Of a DNA stretch of 64,000 nt, positions 46,366 to 59,666 are shown piece after piece. Each line of letters begins with the position of its first letter. Positions within the stretch are counted from its first letter, which is position 1. This DNA is from Styela clava. Taxonomy: Eukaryota. Both the position numbers and the translations under genes were made by a program. Under the pieces are notes generated by a model. It ran no database searches, was not told the origin of the DNA, and saw nothing but the letters and a program-made list of their open reading frames with translations. Location: positions 6,820,001 through 6,884,000 of the forward strand of contig NC_135264.1 in the NCBI RefSeq assembly GCF_964204865.1. Reading direction: 5' to 3'.

Positions 46366-48004
46366 GTGTAAAGGGACTAAAACCTATGGGAGGAGGTTAC
46401 ATTCACTTGTCTAACACAGCCAGTACCCGAACTCGTAGTAGAAATAAAATAAGAAAAATCGGAATAAAATTATGGCCTAACCCTAACCTGGTACACATAC
46501 CACGGGAGTACCGATTTTTTTGCACCCAGATGCTCATTATACATGCCTTCAAACGAAAAAATTGCACTACCGAGATATTTGAAAACTTTTTAACACAAGG
46601 CCATCGATGGTATTTATGTGAATAAAACAACTCACCAAGCCAAAATTCTCCAATCGTATTTCCAAATCCATTTACATAATCATTCCATCCACGATAAAAG
46701 TCTTCAGAGCCATCCATTCGGCGTTGAAATACCTTTGTAAAAATATTATACTTTCATGTCTTTTTTTTATTATACATAAATATTTTAGATAATTTCTAAC
46801 AAATTTTAATTTGATCATGTGAATCGATTCAACTCACAATCCACCCTCCACCATCTGTCACGAGGTCACAGTAAACCTCAATCTTTTCAGAAACAGGGGT
46901 AGGGTAGATTTCAAAAACTCCTCCGGTTTCATTCCAAGAAAGAGAATTGAGTTTGTGTAATCCACGACAACTATCCGGATAATAACGATCTGAATAAAAG
47001 TTTGCAATTATTAGGCGTATATTTTTTAATGTCATATTGTTTTTTCATGGAACAAATTTACATGCCACTTTTTTCCGACAAAATTTTACTCTATGGTAAC
47101 TATGGACGATAAGGAAAATGGGAATCGAATGCACAATCCATTCGTGTCTAATATTCAGATTTATTGTTATTTTATTTTTTCATACTAAATTGCTTGAATC
47201 AAAATTTGCCAGAGCATATATTTTATCGATGTCAGAGACCAGAGGCAAACTGGAATCTAGTAGGCTATTGACCAAACAATCATCGTTCAGCATATTTTCA
47301 CATTAGTGTTTCTAATTGATTTAGCTATGTCAATACGTTGCTGTTTTGTCGATTAAAACCCGAGAAAATATTTGCGTCATCGACATATGTGCTAGATTAA
47401 AACAAGATTCTATGTCAGGAATTAAACCCCAATTGATGAATATATATATTGATGAGATACTCACAAAACATAGAGTATTCAGAGGCGTAATGGGGACAGC
47501 CTTATTAGGCAAAACCAAGTTCGGCCAACTCGGGATCGCTTAATGACTTATGACATACGATTTGAATATTCATTTTTACCTCTTTGCAATGCTTCTTCCA
47601 TCTTATTGTATTTCTCATTCAGACGCATTTCCACTTCTGCAATGTTAAAAAGAAACTATTTGCTAAAACCAATTTACAAATATTACATATGGATAAGTTG
47701 TGTGTTGATCACAAGTGCCGCAACATCAGAAGCTTGAAAATGTGTGGTTGATTGAAAGCAACTTGATTCTGTACTTGACGTTATCAAAAGGTCAAAGTTG
47801 AGTTTTCAGAGGTCAGTTTGTAATATTTTAAAAAGACCGCGCTAGCTTAGCAATCGTATCCAAATAATACTAAATTAAAAAAAAAAAAAACAGTTCACTC
47901 ACATCCCTCGACTCTTGTAGTGAGATTGTTGAATCAAATATTGTATTGTAACAGCCCTATGCATGTTCCAATTTTATGAGGCAAGATGTGTTTACTTATA
48001 CAAG

Positions 48005-48147
48005 ACAATCACCAATTGATCGTCTGCATCCATGAAAATAAAAAAGACCAGGGCAAATGTATGGATTTAATAATACAATCACCAATTGATCGTCTGCATC
48101 CATGAAAATAAAAAAGACCAGGGCAAATGTATGGATTTAATAATACA
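48005..48147. repeat. Perfect 70-bp tandem duplication in intron 1 of gene D
   Basis: acaatcaccaattgatcgtctgcatccatg...atggatttaataat occurs twice; single in gene A. Confidence 0.9.
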
Positions 48148-49837
48148 TATTATAGTACCTGAAATGTCATTTGATATTTTGGCATTGACACGATTGTAAT
48201 CAACGACACCAGATTCTCCTTTTTGTCCCGGCATACCACGTGGACCAGTTTTTCCAACACGACCCGGTTCTGAGATCTGATCGGCACATGGCTCACTCTG
48301 TCCACCACTCGTTTGCTGTAGTTTGCAATATTCGTACATCTTTGTACAGAGTCTGATGTCTTCTTGACCTACGACTGACCGACTGTACAATAAAAGTACA
48401 AGAACGATGTATATGTCGTATAAGTTCATGTTATTTTTAATTTTAATAATCTGGAAATCGAAGTATATTTCCATTAGATTGAATAATAATTTTTGTAGAA
48501 ATGTAGTTAACGATATAAAGAGGTAGTCTAAACGCTAAATGCTCCATATGATTACTCTTGTAAAATTACGCCTGTGTACCTTCTGCTACACCTATTGCTA
48601 TTTGAGATATATATCATGAATATGAACTCAACTTAGAAGTCTGATTACTATTTCTTCTAAACGCTCTCAACTATTTGAGAATGTTGTTAATTCGAGTTTT
48701 ACATTCCTTTCATTTGCTTAGTCTCTCTCCAGGAGGTAAATAAATAAACGATTGCGCTCTAATCGATGTATTTCGGTCATTGAACTGCTGCAAGGTATGT
48801 CAAATTTGTTTGGAAAAATATTCTTAGAGCTGTCAATGAGAGACATCAAGCGCTTGGGTGTACCTCCGTATGGCCTCAGGGTCGAGGTGAATTACCCATT
48901 TATTCTATTGTAGCCATATTTTTCGATGCAATTCTGACATACGGTATGTTTTTTTTCTGTAGTGAGTTATCGATAAATAAGCGTTTTGTTATTGTGTGTG
49001 AACGCTCCGCAATTACAACGAGTGACATACAATTACATATCTCCCATTGACTCCCCAAGTATTCGAAATCACCAGGTAATCGAAAATGCCCTGCCCAGCC
49101 CTTTTAGTCCTTGCCATTGTGACATAACAATGGATATTTCGACACGGCGTATTGCTATCTAAGTTTGCACCGTAATTTTCAGAGTGGTTCAACGTTTTTT
49201 TCCTCCAAAAACTCTTTGCAACTCCGAGGAGTCTTTTTCGTGAAATAAGTCATTAAAGAACTTGGTCTGATGACAATGTGCAGTATGGCTTTACCTGCTC
49301 AACTGGACGGGACTCCAATGCAAAACGTCATGAGAATTGTTCAATTTGAAACGAAGCCACGTATCTCTCAGTTGTTCACAGAGAAACAGTAGCAGAAGTG
49401 TCACTAATAAATCTAATGAATGTATAAAGTTTACTGTGGTATTGCAATTTATTCTGCTACAACCAATGGCGTAACCAGCGGTTCTTTCGGCGGTTGATAC
49501 TCTCTTGGTCTTGACAAAGCATGTTCTTTGAATTTTAACCCGAAAAAACAACCTATGCTCAACAGTAAGGCAACAAGTTCATATTCTATCAATTGAAGTC
49601 GATCAAATTTTCTATAAATTTGTATAAATCCGACTTCACCTGAATAAGTTCAGGTTGCGCTCTTAGTTCAAAAATTTTGGGTTCAACAGGAGCTAACGGA
49701 ATAGCGTAGGGGTTCGGCAGGCTCACAAATGTTAAGAACCACTGAACTAAATAGAACGTAAAGCTAGATTCAATATATATAATGGTCCTATGAAAGTGAC
49801 TTCGAAGGCCGCTTAGAGACAGTTAATAAATTGGTCA

Positions 49838-49942
49838 TTACCTTTCCAAGTTTTCCAACAAGCAAATATTCTATATTACTCATTTCCTCTTTCAAATGTA
49901 GCCCGTGTTGCATGACAAGCTCCGTACCATAACGCTCCCTCA
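49838..49942 (-). pseudogene. Small fibrinogen-related exon 6 fragment
   Basis: agggagcgttatggtacggagcttgtcatgcaaca = [11 protein letters not shown], plus ggaaaacttggaaagg (WKTWKG). Confidence 0.7.
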
Positions 49943-50739
49943 AGTTAAATTGTTAAAATAACAAATAAAGGCCTACAAAGTGACTTTATAAAACTTTCAT
50001 GTTGATGTTGACATTAGGATATTAGACAGATTTTCACACAACAACAGTTCCTGATGAATGAAAAGTACTGGCTTTTTTGGCAGTGAGGGCGGCATCAAAT
50101 GGGACCTACAACAATGTTAAATTTAAAATTTGCCCTTTTTGCTGTTTTTCGCGGCATAATTAGGTTGTGAATGACCGTAACCGATGACAGTACAATGAGT
50201 AAACGATGGTGACTACATAGGGGGCCTATTCGTGAAATCTACTGCGACTACCGTTGGAAATTTGGAAAAAAATACTTATTTTGATAAATTTCGAATCATC
50301 TAAAACGCTAAAAAATTAAAAATGGGTTTGTATTAATTTCCTCAAAATTTATTAGATAGAACACAAGCGAGAACCGAAATCCATAGGGTATCCTACACCA
50401 AGCTGAACAGTGAAACTAACTACCAGTATCCGTACCCAGTACGGCACAGTTTACCTATTTCCAAAAAAGCCCCCATATTAGAAGACATTAATTATAACTG
50501 TGACTATAGGCCCATCTCTCGAGAGACTGTGCCCCATATTGAAAGACAGTGAATATAACTGTACGCCCCGCTTACAAGAGACTGTCTGGGCTTCCATATC
50601 GTCAAAGCGGCACTGTTACAGGACAGGTACTTTCCAGGTTCTGTGACAATTCCGTTTCAACGTGAATTAAAATACCAACTGACTCGAGTAATATCTTTCT
50701 GGAGAAAAATTCCATCTTTAACCACTGAAAATTTATTCT

Positions 50740-50910
50740 CATTGCATGACATAATATGAAAATTCAATTTCATCTTCAGTTCAACTTTGACGGGATTAAA
50801 GTTAGTTTTTTCTACTATTGGTCCAAACCGCATTCATAATACTGAACACTCTTTCACAATTCGCGTTTGACACTCGAATTGGCAGGACAAATGGTACAAT
50901 ACGTAAGGTT
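50740..50910 (-). mobile_element. hAT transposase C-terminal dimerisation-domain relic
   Basis: LRIVPFVLPIRVSNANCERVFSIMNAVWTNSREKTNFNPVKVELKMKLNFHIMSCNE. Confidence 0.8.
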
Positions 50911-50999
50911 GTGTATCGTCTGGCTACTGAGTGGCAAAGATCTTCACTCTATCTGTTTGAAACGTCATCTCTCGTTTAAACGGAATGGTCATCGCTGAC

Positions 51000-52263
51000 A
51001 CTCTTCACAAATTGACGCTATTGGTCCTGCTTCAGCGACAGTTTGAACAATTGAGACATGCTGAGGTCTGCTATGTCCTCAACATTGTCTGCATCCTTGT
51101 TTTGGTTCGTCCACGATTTCATGTGCCAGGTGTGGTGCCAAAGTGCAGATCTTTTGTCACACCGTCCGTTCTTGCGATGTGTCCCAGAAAACGCAGTTTC
51201 CTGTCGTTTATTGCTTTCTGAAGTCTCTGTAGAGGTTTAATTTTCCTCAGAACCCTTTTGTTATTTCACTTATCTACCCAGCTCACACGAAGAAGTCTGC
51301 GGTAGCACCATAACTTAAAAGTTGCAATTTTTTTCACGTCGTCTTTCTTCAATATTCAACATTCTGATACATGTGTTGCTATTGAGAAAACGGGAAAACT
51401 GATCTGTCTTTCCAGATATTGCTCAGATAAATCATTGAAGCTTTCGCCATTGCTATGCTTCGTCTTACCGCTTTTGTCTCGTCTACTTTGTTTGTTAGAA
51501 CTACACCTAGATATTTGAATCTTTCTACATTTTCAACACTCTGGTTTTCCAAAATTAAGTTTTCCTCATTTGTAACCTTTGTAATTTTTATCACTTCAGT
51601 TTTCTTGATAATGAACAAGAGTCCTGCTTCAGAACTACATCGTCGGCTTATCTCAGTCTATTAACTATCCGTCCAACTAGTTGCGGCCCATCCACATGAT
51701 GTTGAGAGTTTCTCGCATGACTTGCTTGAAGAGGTGGGGTGACACCCTGGCCAATGTCAAAGAAATCTGTCATCCCGTGAGCCGATCTTACTGCTGCCTT
51801 TTGAGAGTCATAAACAGATAAAGGTTCTCTAAAAGATCAATTATATGCATAGGTAGGCCCACTACACGTCCCGATTTAGTCGGGACAATTCTCGTTTTTG
51901 CAAGTTTTTCCGCCGTGATGACAGTCAAAAATAATTTTTCAATTTGATACTATTACAAAATTGCTTTTTGAACCGTTACGGATGTCCGTAACGAATGTCC
52001 GTAATCTACCCACAATGGTGTGGAAAATGTTTAAACTATAACTAAGCCTCTTGAATTGAACCGATTTTGGCCTGTCCAATTCGCATCGACCCGGTTTTTT
52101 ACTTCAGATATTTGGTAAGCATAGGGGACCCCATGTTTACCATCGCATTCCAGAGGACATCGTGTACTACAGTCTCGAAAGCTTTTCTATAATTGATGAA
52201 ACATAGGAAGATGTCTCCTCTCAACTCCCTGATCTTTTTAAGAATCATCTTTAAACTAAGTAT
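51000..52263 (-). mobile_element. Decayed RTE-like LINE reverse transcriptase
   Basis: FLCFINYRKAFETVVHDVLW; FDIGQGV; VERFKYLGV...RRSIAMAKA...IWKDR; FKLWCYRRLLRVSW; KLRFLGHIAR. Interrupted by a MITE at ~51854-52119. Confidence 0.85.
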
Positions 52264-52271
52264 TTGGCCAC

Positions 52272-53873
52272 TAGGCTTGCACGTAATTGACAAAAATCAA
52301 TTCCGTAATTACGGCCAAATCGATTACGTAATGACCCCGTAATTGCGATATTTTTTCACACTTTTAAACCTATCATAACAACCAATTTAATCCACTTCTA
52401 TTCCGAATGGGACATCGACAGTTGGGACAGTTTGGTTTCCATATTTCCGCCAGTACTACACGCCGGCGACAGATGCTAAAGACAAATATCAAGGAGTGAA
52501 TTCAAATTAATTTTATTCTGATTTTTATCTTTTGTGTTAGCTTTGATTTTTCTTTATCAACTTTATCACCCAATTTTATGGGATCAATTTTATCATTACC
52601 AACACTGGTAAGTGGTAATATATTTATGAAACGATAGTTGACTTTTTTTAAATCGTATTAACGTATTAATACGAGTTTCGTATCAAATAAAAATTCCGGG
52701 TTTCTAATTTATAAATCAACGACGAGCGTATTCTCTCGTTTGATTATACTTGCGCTTGCCTTGCGACGAAGACTTGTTATTGTACCGTTTTTTTACATTA
52801 TCCGACTTTACTACCTAGTTAGCATTTTATAATAATTATTGATGCCGACTTATTGACAATTTTCCGATTACCATGCTTCATTTTATATTAAATCATTTCG
52901 CGGCCTAAATGTTATAACATTATTTGCGATAAATTTAGATCAAATATTAAGTATTTGCGCATAATTTAAATACCGTACTTATATGACATGCCTTCTCCGA
53001 AAATACAAAGTTATATCGCAAAACAATGCATTTGGTGACATTTATTTTGCACTCACGAAAATATTAATTTACTTTTCTAACTCAAGTCGACAATCCTATC
53101 GGCTAAGATTGACACAAGTTTGGTCGAGTGCCGGTGGTATTTGAGTCGACGATAAATCAAAATAAGTTGCCGCATTTGGTAAAGACATATTTGGCCGAAA
53201 TAGCGCGAGGCATTGTGAAAACAAGGCCAAGTCCGGACAGATATATAACGATAAAACCGGTAACAGAACATCAAGATTTTGTAATAGAAAATGGATCTCG
53301 CGCAGAATAAACATGAGAAATCCCGTCTTTTCGTTGTTTCTCTGCCGTCTGAATCGCTTTACCGATGCCGAAAAGACTAAGTTGCGTTGGTTCATTACGC
53401 AATTTCTCTTCCGTCGTCATATTGCTGTTTGATAAGCGCGACATTAATTATCACGGCATTTACAAATAGACCATGTTTGGTAAGTTGATCTCTTACATTC
53501 TTTAGTCATTACACCCGAAGAAGTTGAAACCAGGTGTGTTGGCATCCATCGGTCTCAACACAATTCTATCCCATATCTACGCTTAATATGTACATTTGCC
53601 ATGCTAGATAAGTTGATAATAGGTTAGTAAATGGCAACGCGTTATGCCTTCTCCATCTGCGTAACAAGAGAGAGAAAAACGGCTGCGAATACCGGAACTC
53701 TAACTTCTTCTACTTATTAAACTTTAATTTTTTACAATCGACGGAATTGACTGCTCGTTTCAATCGCGAAAGCGCTCCACCAATAATTACGAATTTACGT
53801 AATTCGTAACTTCGCTTCCGTAACTCGAAATAATTCCGTAATTCCGTAAATCCGTAAATTACGTGCAAGCCTA
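52272..53873. mobile_element. 1.6-kb non-autonomous hAT element
   Basis: Perfect 17-bp TIR taggcttgcacgtaatt; perfect 8-bp TSD ttggccac; subterminal ccgtaat arrays. Confidence 0.92.
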
Positions 53874-55428
53874 TTGGCCACCAGTTGGGCGTAAAAGTTC
53901 ACTGCAAACCTTTCTCAGCGCACACTTACAGCTACGGAACCGTTTTAAAACTACCTGTATGTAATAATACCATCCATTTTGCAATTGTTTAACTTATTTG
54001 ATTGTTTTGTCACCAGGAAGTCACGGTTGGCGAAACATGTCTTTATTTGAGTGACACCTACAGACGTAATTTTTATTTAAAAAAAAATTCGCGTGAACAA
54101 CATCCGTTTCCAGTTTTGAACGAATCCGATGTCCTTCTATTTTAAAACCTTTTTTTCAGTAAATTCCGGGACAACCGTAGTCCAGTCCGGGACACGGGAC
54201 GACAGACATCAATTCCGGGACTGTCCTGGTCATTCTGGGTGGGACGGATGGTAAACCTATATATAAACCTGATTTTCCTTAGGGACTCGTTAAAAAAGAT
54301 TTGTTTTAAAACAATTGATTTGAATCATTTTTTCACCTGTTTTGTTCTGTTAAAATTGCTGTATTATTTGTTTCTTTTGTATTGAATAAGTTAAAACAGA
54401 AATATCCTCTTCAAAAACCAACAAGTATGAATGACTTGACCGTATACGCCTTCCTAACATGGAGCGTACCGCTCGTGTCATACCACATCACCACGTGTTG
54501 GACTTACGACCCGCCAAATTTCCGAGCGCCTACAATTTCGGCTTTAATTACGCTATGTCGTGCCAAAGCGCCAGTTTATTGAAATCAGTGATGGGTACTG
54601 TAACGAAGTATTTACTGTATTTCTGGCAGAAAAGAAGTTGCATAAAGTCTCTCCATCGCAAAATTCTACCCGATACAGGAAAATATAGAAAAAGGTTGGG
54701 AACTACCCCGGTTAAAACAAAAAAGTGAATGTGATAACCTGCCCAATCGATCCTTAACGTCAATATCCTTCGGAACACCACAGATATGATTGACTTTCCC
54801 GTACACGTTCTCTCACGCTGAGCAAAACACGTCAACAAACGTGGTTGGCGAGAAGGCCGCAACCGACTAGCCGTTGCAGCGATGCTTGTTAGGTTAGCTA
54901 TGGACTATTGGCTATTACGGTATATAGTATATATATTTTGTAAACCTGTAGATCTTGCATTAAACAGAGAATAATCACACACAATTGTAACGACCAAGAG
55001 ACAAATAGTTTAATGCAGCATGAGTTGTCATTTATTTGCATGTGTAAACCAAAGCAACAAATGATTCATATAAAAAGTTCAATCTATGAATTAGGTAACA
55101 AATACCAGATATATTAGACTCTAAAATGTACCCATGTAGGAGTTTTTAATGTTGCCGAATTTCGAATATGTACTTTGAAAAACAGTTTGCAATCTGCGAG
55201 TTATACGTACACATTTGTTTGTTTACTTTGATGACGTTGAATCTAATAAAGGTTTGCTACTGACATGATATTAATAAATTCGTCGGTGTTTATATATATA
55301 TCAATAACTTCCATATTCAAATATAGTTTTATGTCGTTGAGTTTGTTTTATAACGATGAAATATTGAATCAAAATACAACACTTTATAAAGTGAATATAT
55401 CAAAAGAAGTACATTTCAATCGAATTTA

Positions 55429-57904
55429 CTACTGCCAGGCAAAGCACATATCTTCCCATCCTATACTTGTTACTTGATTGTGACTGGCAAATACATTCCA
55501 CATATTATAAATTGCCTTTGCTGTCGGAGTTATGGTTCTGAAGTGTGAAAACCCCTTCAATCCTGAAAATATTTAATGCAAAATGCAATATCATTGCATG
55601 TACTAATTTTATATATCACCATGTAACATTGTTATATTTACCTATTGGTGTGCAGAATCCCATGACAAAGTAAGTGTCGTAATCTGTCATGAAGAAATAC
55701 TCGCCTCGAAATAGGTTGTCTGCATCTGAAATGATAGTTGTAAGTGGGAGCTAATAAATGTACCTTGGTCCAAATATTGCAAACTTTTGCAAGGTGATAA
55801 ACCATGGAAATACTTAATAAAAGGTTGTCGGCTCTGGAGGCCGCAAAATTATTTTCGCAGTGTTCGCGGGCCACAATAGTGCCAAGAATAGGTAAACAGT
55901 TCAATACTAAACAAACACTTTAATTGTGGAAACGCACTGATCATGATTTGTCATTTATCGAGCTAAAACACGCAAAAACCACCGAAAACTTACTAAAACC
56001 TCCAAATGTGTTTCTGTATTTATATTTAGTGTAAGATTTCAAACTCTTTCAAACGGAAAAGGTGCTTCCGCTAATGTAAAAACACCTTGCATGAATTATA
56101 TTGTATATATTAAGTTAACAGGCACAGCCAATCTAGGCTAATAGAATCCGCATTCAATTTTAAGTTCTCTACGATGCCAAAATTGTTAGCATATATTCCC
56201 GACCAAAAAGATAGAAAGTCAGATAACAATTAAGACTGCCAAGAACATCATTCAACTTCGCTAGTTGCCTCAGCTAGTCATAACTCAGCCAATTCAGTGA
56301 CATGAAACAATATGTCAAAAGCTTTTTCTTGTAAATTTTATTACGAAACAACATTAAATGCGATTTTTTGATTACTCTCCGAATGCGACGCGGGCCACAG
56401 ATAATGAAGCCTGGGAAAATAGGCCTGGGTTTAGACCACCCTGTTCTGGACGGTCAAAGCAGAATGCGGCAAGTCTTGGGGCTATATATTAGAATATATC
56501 CACAATTAAACCAACAATTTCCACTTACAAGTCTCTAGCTCTTCATTTGTTGCGCCACCACCTGGGGTATCAAAATACAACTTCTTGAGTTTTGACAGAA
56601 ACGAAGTTTCTAAAAGAAAAATATTGGTTATGTTCATTAATGTCGAGAATACGATATGTTATATTTCTAACAGCAGGTTTTCAATACGCTACGTCGATGC
56701 AAATTTGAGAATTTCGGTAAATAAGACATTGTCTTATCAATAATATATTGCTAATGCGGAAGCTTAAATGCCTACGTTCACAGATGAAATCAATTCGATA
56801 AATTGTGTGGCTGAAAACTTCACTAGATACACAAATAACGGCGTTATCAATTTTAAAAAAAATTTGGTATTGCGATTTGGTGCGATGAGCGCTCGCCTAG
56901 AATAAGAAATTACAAAATGCTTTTTTAGAAACACAACAAACTTAATTCAATGTAGAACTGTTTTTTTCTGTATGTTGTGTATTTGTCACATTGTTGATTA
57001 CAATTCACAATGATACAAATTGCGCTCACTGAGTTGTTGATCTATGATGTATGTTTCGCCCTTTCTTCGGATAAAGTGTAACTGGAAATCCATTGTATTC
57101 TTGTTGAATAGCCTTTAAAAAAGATAATAAATTAAGCAAACAAATGAACAAAAACGCTGCTTCATGATTTGCCCTGTCAAATGCACTCAAATGAACTTTA
57201 CAGTTTACACAAAGCGATCAAACTGAACAGTCTATATTTAAATAAGATTACTGCTAGTTTACCCGTGAACGCTCAGAGTTAGGTTGAACATAACTCCATC
57301 TTCTGGTGCTTTGAAATGATGTATATCATGACATGTTCTCGGAAATTTACCAGTATTACCAGGATTCGGGATGTCAAGTCCATCAAACCATGTTCCTTTT
57401 ATTTTGCCGAACTGAAATACAAATACACTTGAGAATTATATGAACTAGACCGAATATACCGCCATAAATCGATCGTTATTCGGGGTCCTTAGCTAATTTA
57501 TCCAAAAACGAAGGTTGTGTAGTATATTGTCGAATTCAACTTCTTAAGTCGTCAACTATACCATGAAAAATGCCAACTCAATATGGAGCTGGACTACTCG
57601 TGTGATTTAATCTTATCAGCTTGTGATCATTGTTTTAGCTATCACAATTCACAATAGTTAGCATTATTACATTAAAAAAAGGTTAAAATATTTCATTTTT
57701 ATTCTTCATTTTAATAGTGACTGATGTGCGACTTAGTCAAAATATTATACCAACAGAAAGAGTTTTTGATAAATTTCCAAGATTTCTTACCCTGTCCCAG
57801 TCAATAGCTTGATATTCATCTGTTTTGGAGCAGAGCTGAGTAGTTACCGTTTCTCCCAAAAAATATATCGCAGCCAAAAATATGTAGATCTTCATTCTCA
57901 CCAT
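55429..57904 (-). CDS. Secreted lipocalin L2, intact, 6 exons, 214 aa
   Basis: Exons 57904-57791, 57411-57263, 57112-57030, 56609-56529, 55725-55642, 55562-55429 (645 nt, in frame). Near-identical to L1 (GTWF, TDYDTY, GWEDMCFAWQ*). Confidence 0.85.
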
Positions 57905-59154
57905 TTTTGCACGAATATGTCGCAGGTATATTGTTCTCAAATGTGCCCATAATAACTTGGTATCACTTTATATATTTTTCGAAATAAATGTCGAAAAAAA
58001 TGCTTTTTTAATCTCAATCGTCTAAGCAAGGGCTAATACTATATAACCATATTTCCATAAACGAACAATATATAAAAACAACGCATCAAATCTAATGTGG
58101 CCATTGTTGTTCTTGTGCGCACACAACAGTAAGTTAATAAAAGTAAAATTTTTGACATTTGAGGATATTCGGTAAAACACGAAATGCTAAAGTTATCAAA
58201 GCAGTATAGGTTGGTCAATATCCAAAGATTTATAATATTTGATTATTCAAAATATGACAATCGAAATCCCCCGACTGTTCAACGCACTAAAGTTATTTAT
58301 TTTTTGAATTAAAAAATCGCATGAATTTGCAAGTAATTTTCCTGTGAAGCCGGTAAATGTAAAGGTCATGTATGTGCATGTTCGGTAAATCACGAAATGC
58401 TAAAGTTGTCAAAACAGTAAGGATTGAATTATTTTATTCGGTTTATGGTAATTCCTTTTCCAAATACTGTATGGTCTATTTTTGTCTGTCGCATAAATAT
58501 GCAAATATTATTTCTGTGACATCGTTAAATGTGAACGTCATGCAAAACATTTATGGACACATTTCTGGATTACCACTATGGAAAATTAGTGGTTATATAT
58601 CCGTTCGTGTTAAAAGGCGTATGATCCAACTACTCACCAGTTGGCGAGACAAGTCTCAATTGAAATGTTTCTACTACGCGCCATTTCATTTTTACGCTCA
58701 TTTTCAATTAACTTGGTACAGGATTGAAAAAGAGAATGCAACGAATGCATAATTACAGTTCGGGTTTGATTTTAAATATATATATATTTTATTTTTGTAT
58801 CTTTTTTTTTTAATTTTTATTGTAATATCCCTTGAATCGTGGTGAAACTAGGGCAAGTCAGTGCGTTTCAGTAGTTGCGCACGCTGCCAGAATTATGATT
58901 TTAAAAATGTAAGAAAAAATTTTGCTCAGACTTCCAATCTTATCGCGTAGCTTTATCGCCAAGTTATTAGGCTGCCTGCACCAAAGTCATAAGATTTTAA
59001 GAACAATGTTTATTCGACATATTAGAGAGAAGTTTTGATTGAAAAAGGCAAGATAAATCATGAGAACACAGTCAAAAGCAAGTTTATAGAAGACCCGCTA
59101 TTCGCCTAAATCTGGTGTGTTGTTAATTAATACAACATCGGAGGATATTCTTGA

Positions 59155-59666
59155 TGTCACGTCTTTTGATAGCCCGGAATCTATATAGACGAGACACAAT
59201 GGAAACGTATCGAACGCGCCACTCTCAGCCCCTTTATCCACAAATAAGACACATGCATAAACCAGCTTCTTCTTATACACTTGGCAAAGAACAGCGGTTT
59301 TCTTAAATGAATAAAACACAATTGATTAACTTAAGTCACAGAGCATTTATCAACAACAAAAGGCTAATTTCTTACCAAACGTTTTCCGATCCGGGTGGCT
59401 TATACAATTACAATATATATATATATGTAAAAGATAAGTAAACAGTCAACAATACGGACAAATATCTTCGGCTCTTACACGACGAATACGTAATGCGGAA
59501 ATGACGGAAAGGAAAACGCTAAACCAGACAACAGATAAAATTACTAATTTACGCTACAAGCAAAGGGAATAATAATAATAATGGTTACAAGGCAGCGCAC
59601 GATGCACTGCACACAGAGGCAAAATGTACGATAAAATTGTAAACAACGTACGTTTACAACGTAACA
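59155..59666. mobile_element. Solo LTR (512 bp)
   Basis: TG...CA ends with short inverted repeat tgtcacgt / acgtaaca; 5-bp TSD cttga / cttgg; internal aataaa; empty site in the paralog near 62805. Confidence 0.75.

Larger units (their letters stand above)
44843..46512. mobile_element. MITE (outer layer of the nest) split by a hAT insertion
   Basis: TIR gtatgtgtacca / tggtacacatac. The two halves rejoin to match the uninterrupted copy at 6653-6865. Confidence 0.8.
43995..48429 (-). pseudogene. Ficolin-like gene D (signal peptide, 7 Gly-X-Y, neck, FBG); complete, but with a 1-nt frameshift in exon 5 (young pseudogene or sequence error)
   Basis: Exons 48429-48159, 47636-47580, 46989-46838, 46732-46636, 44521-44426 (96 nt vs 97 in paralogs: GTTTAAAAAT vs GTTTAGAAAAT, giving an early TGA), 44322-43995. 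No other lesion seen. Confidence 0.8.

Noticed and set aside
50465-50590. About 60-bp dimeric repeat (gccccatatt...gaca...tataactgt)
   Set aside because: Only two degenerate units, probably a transposon subterminal repeat; not a CRISPR-like array.
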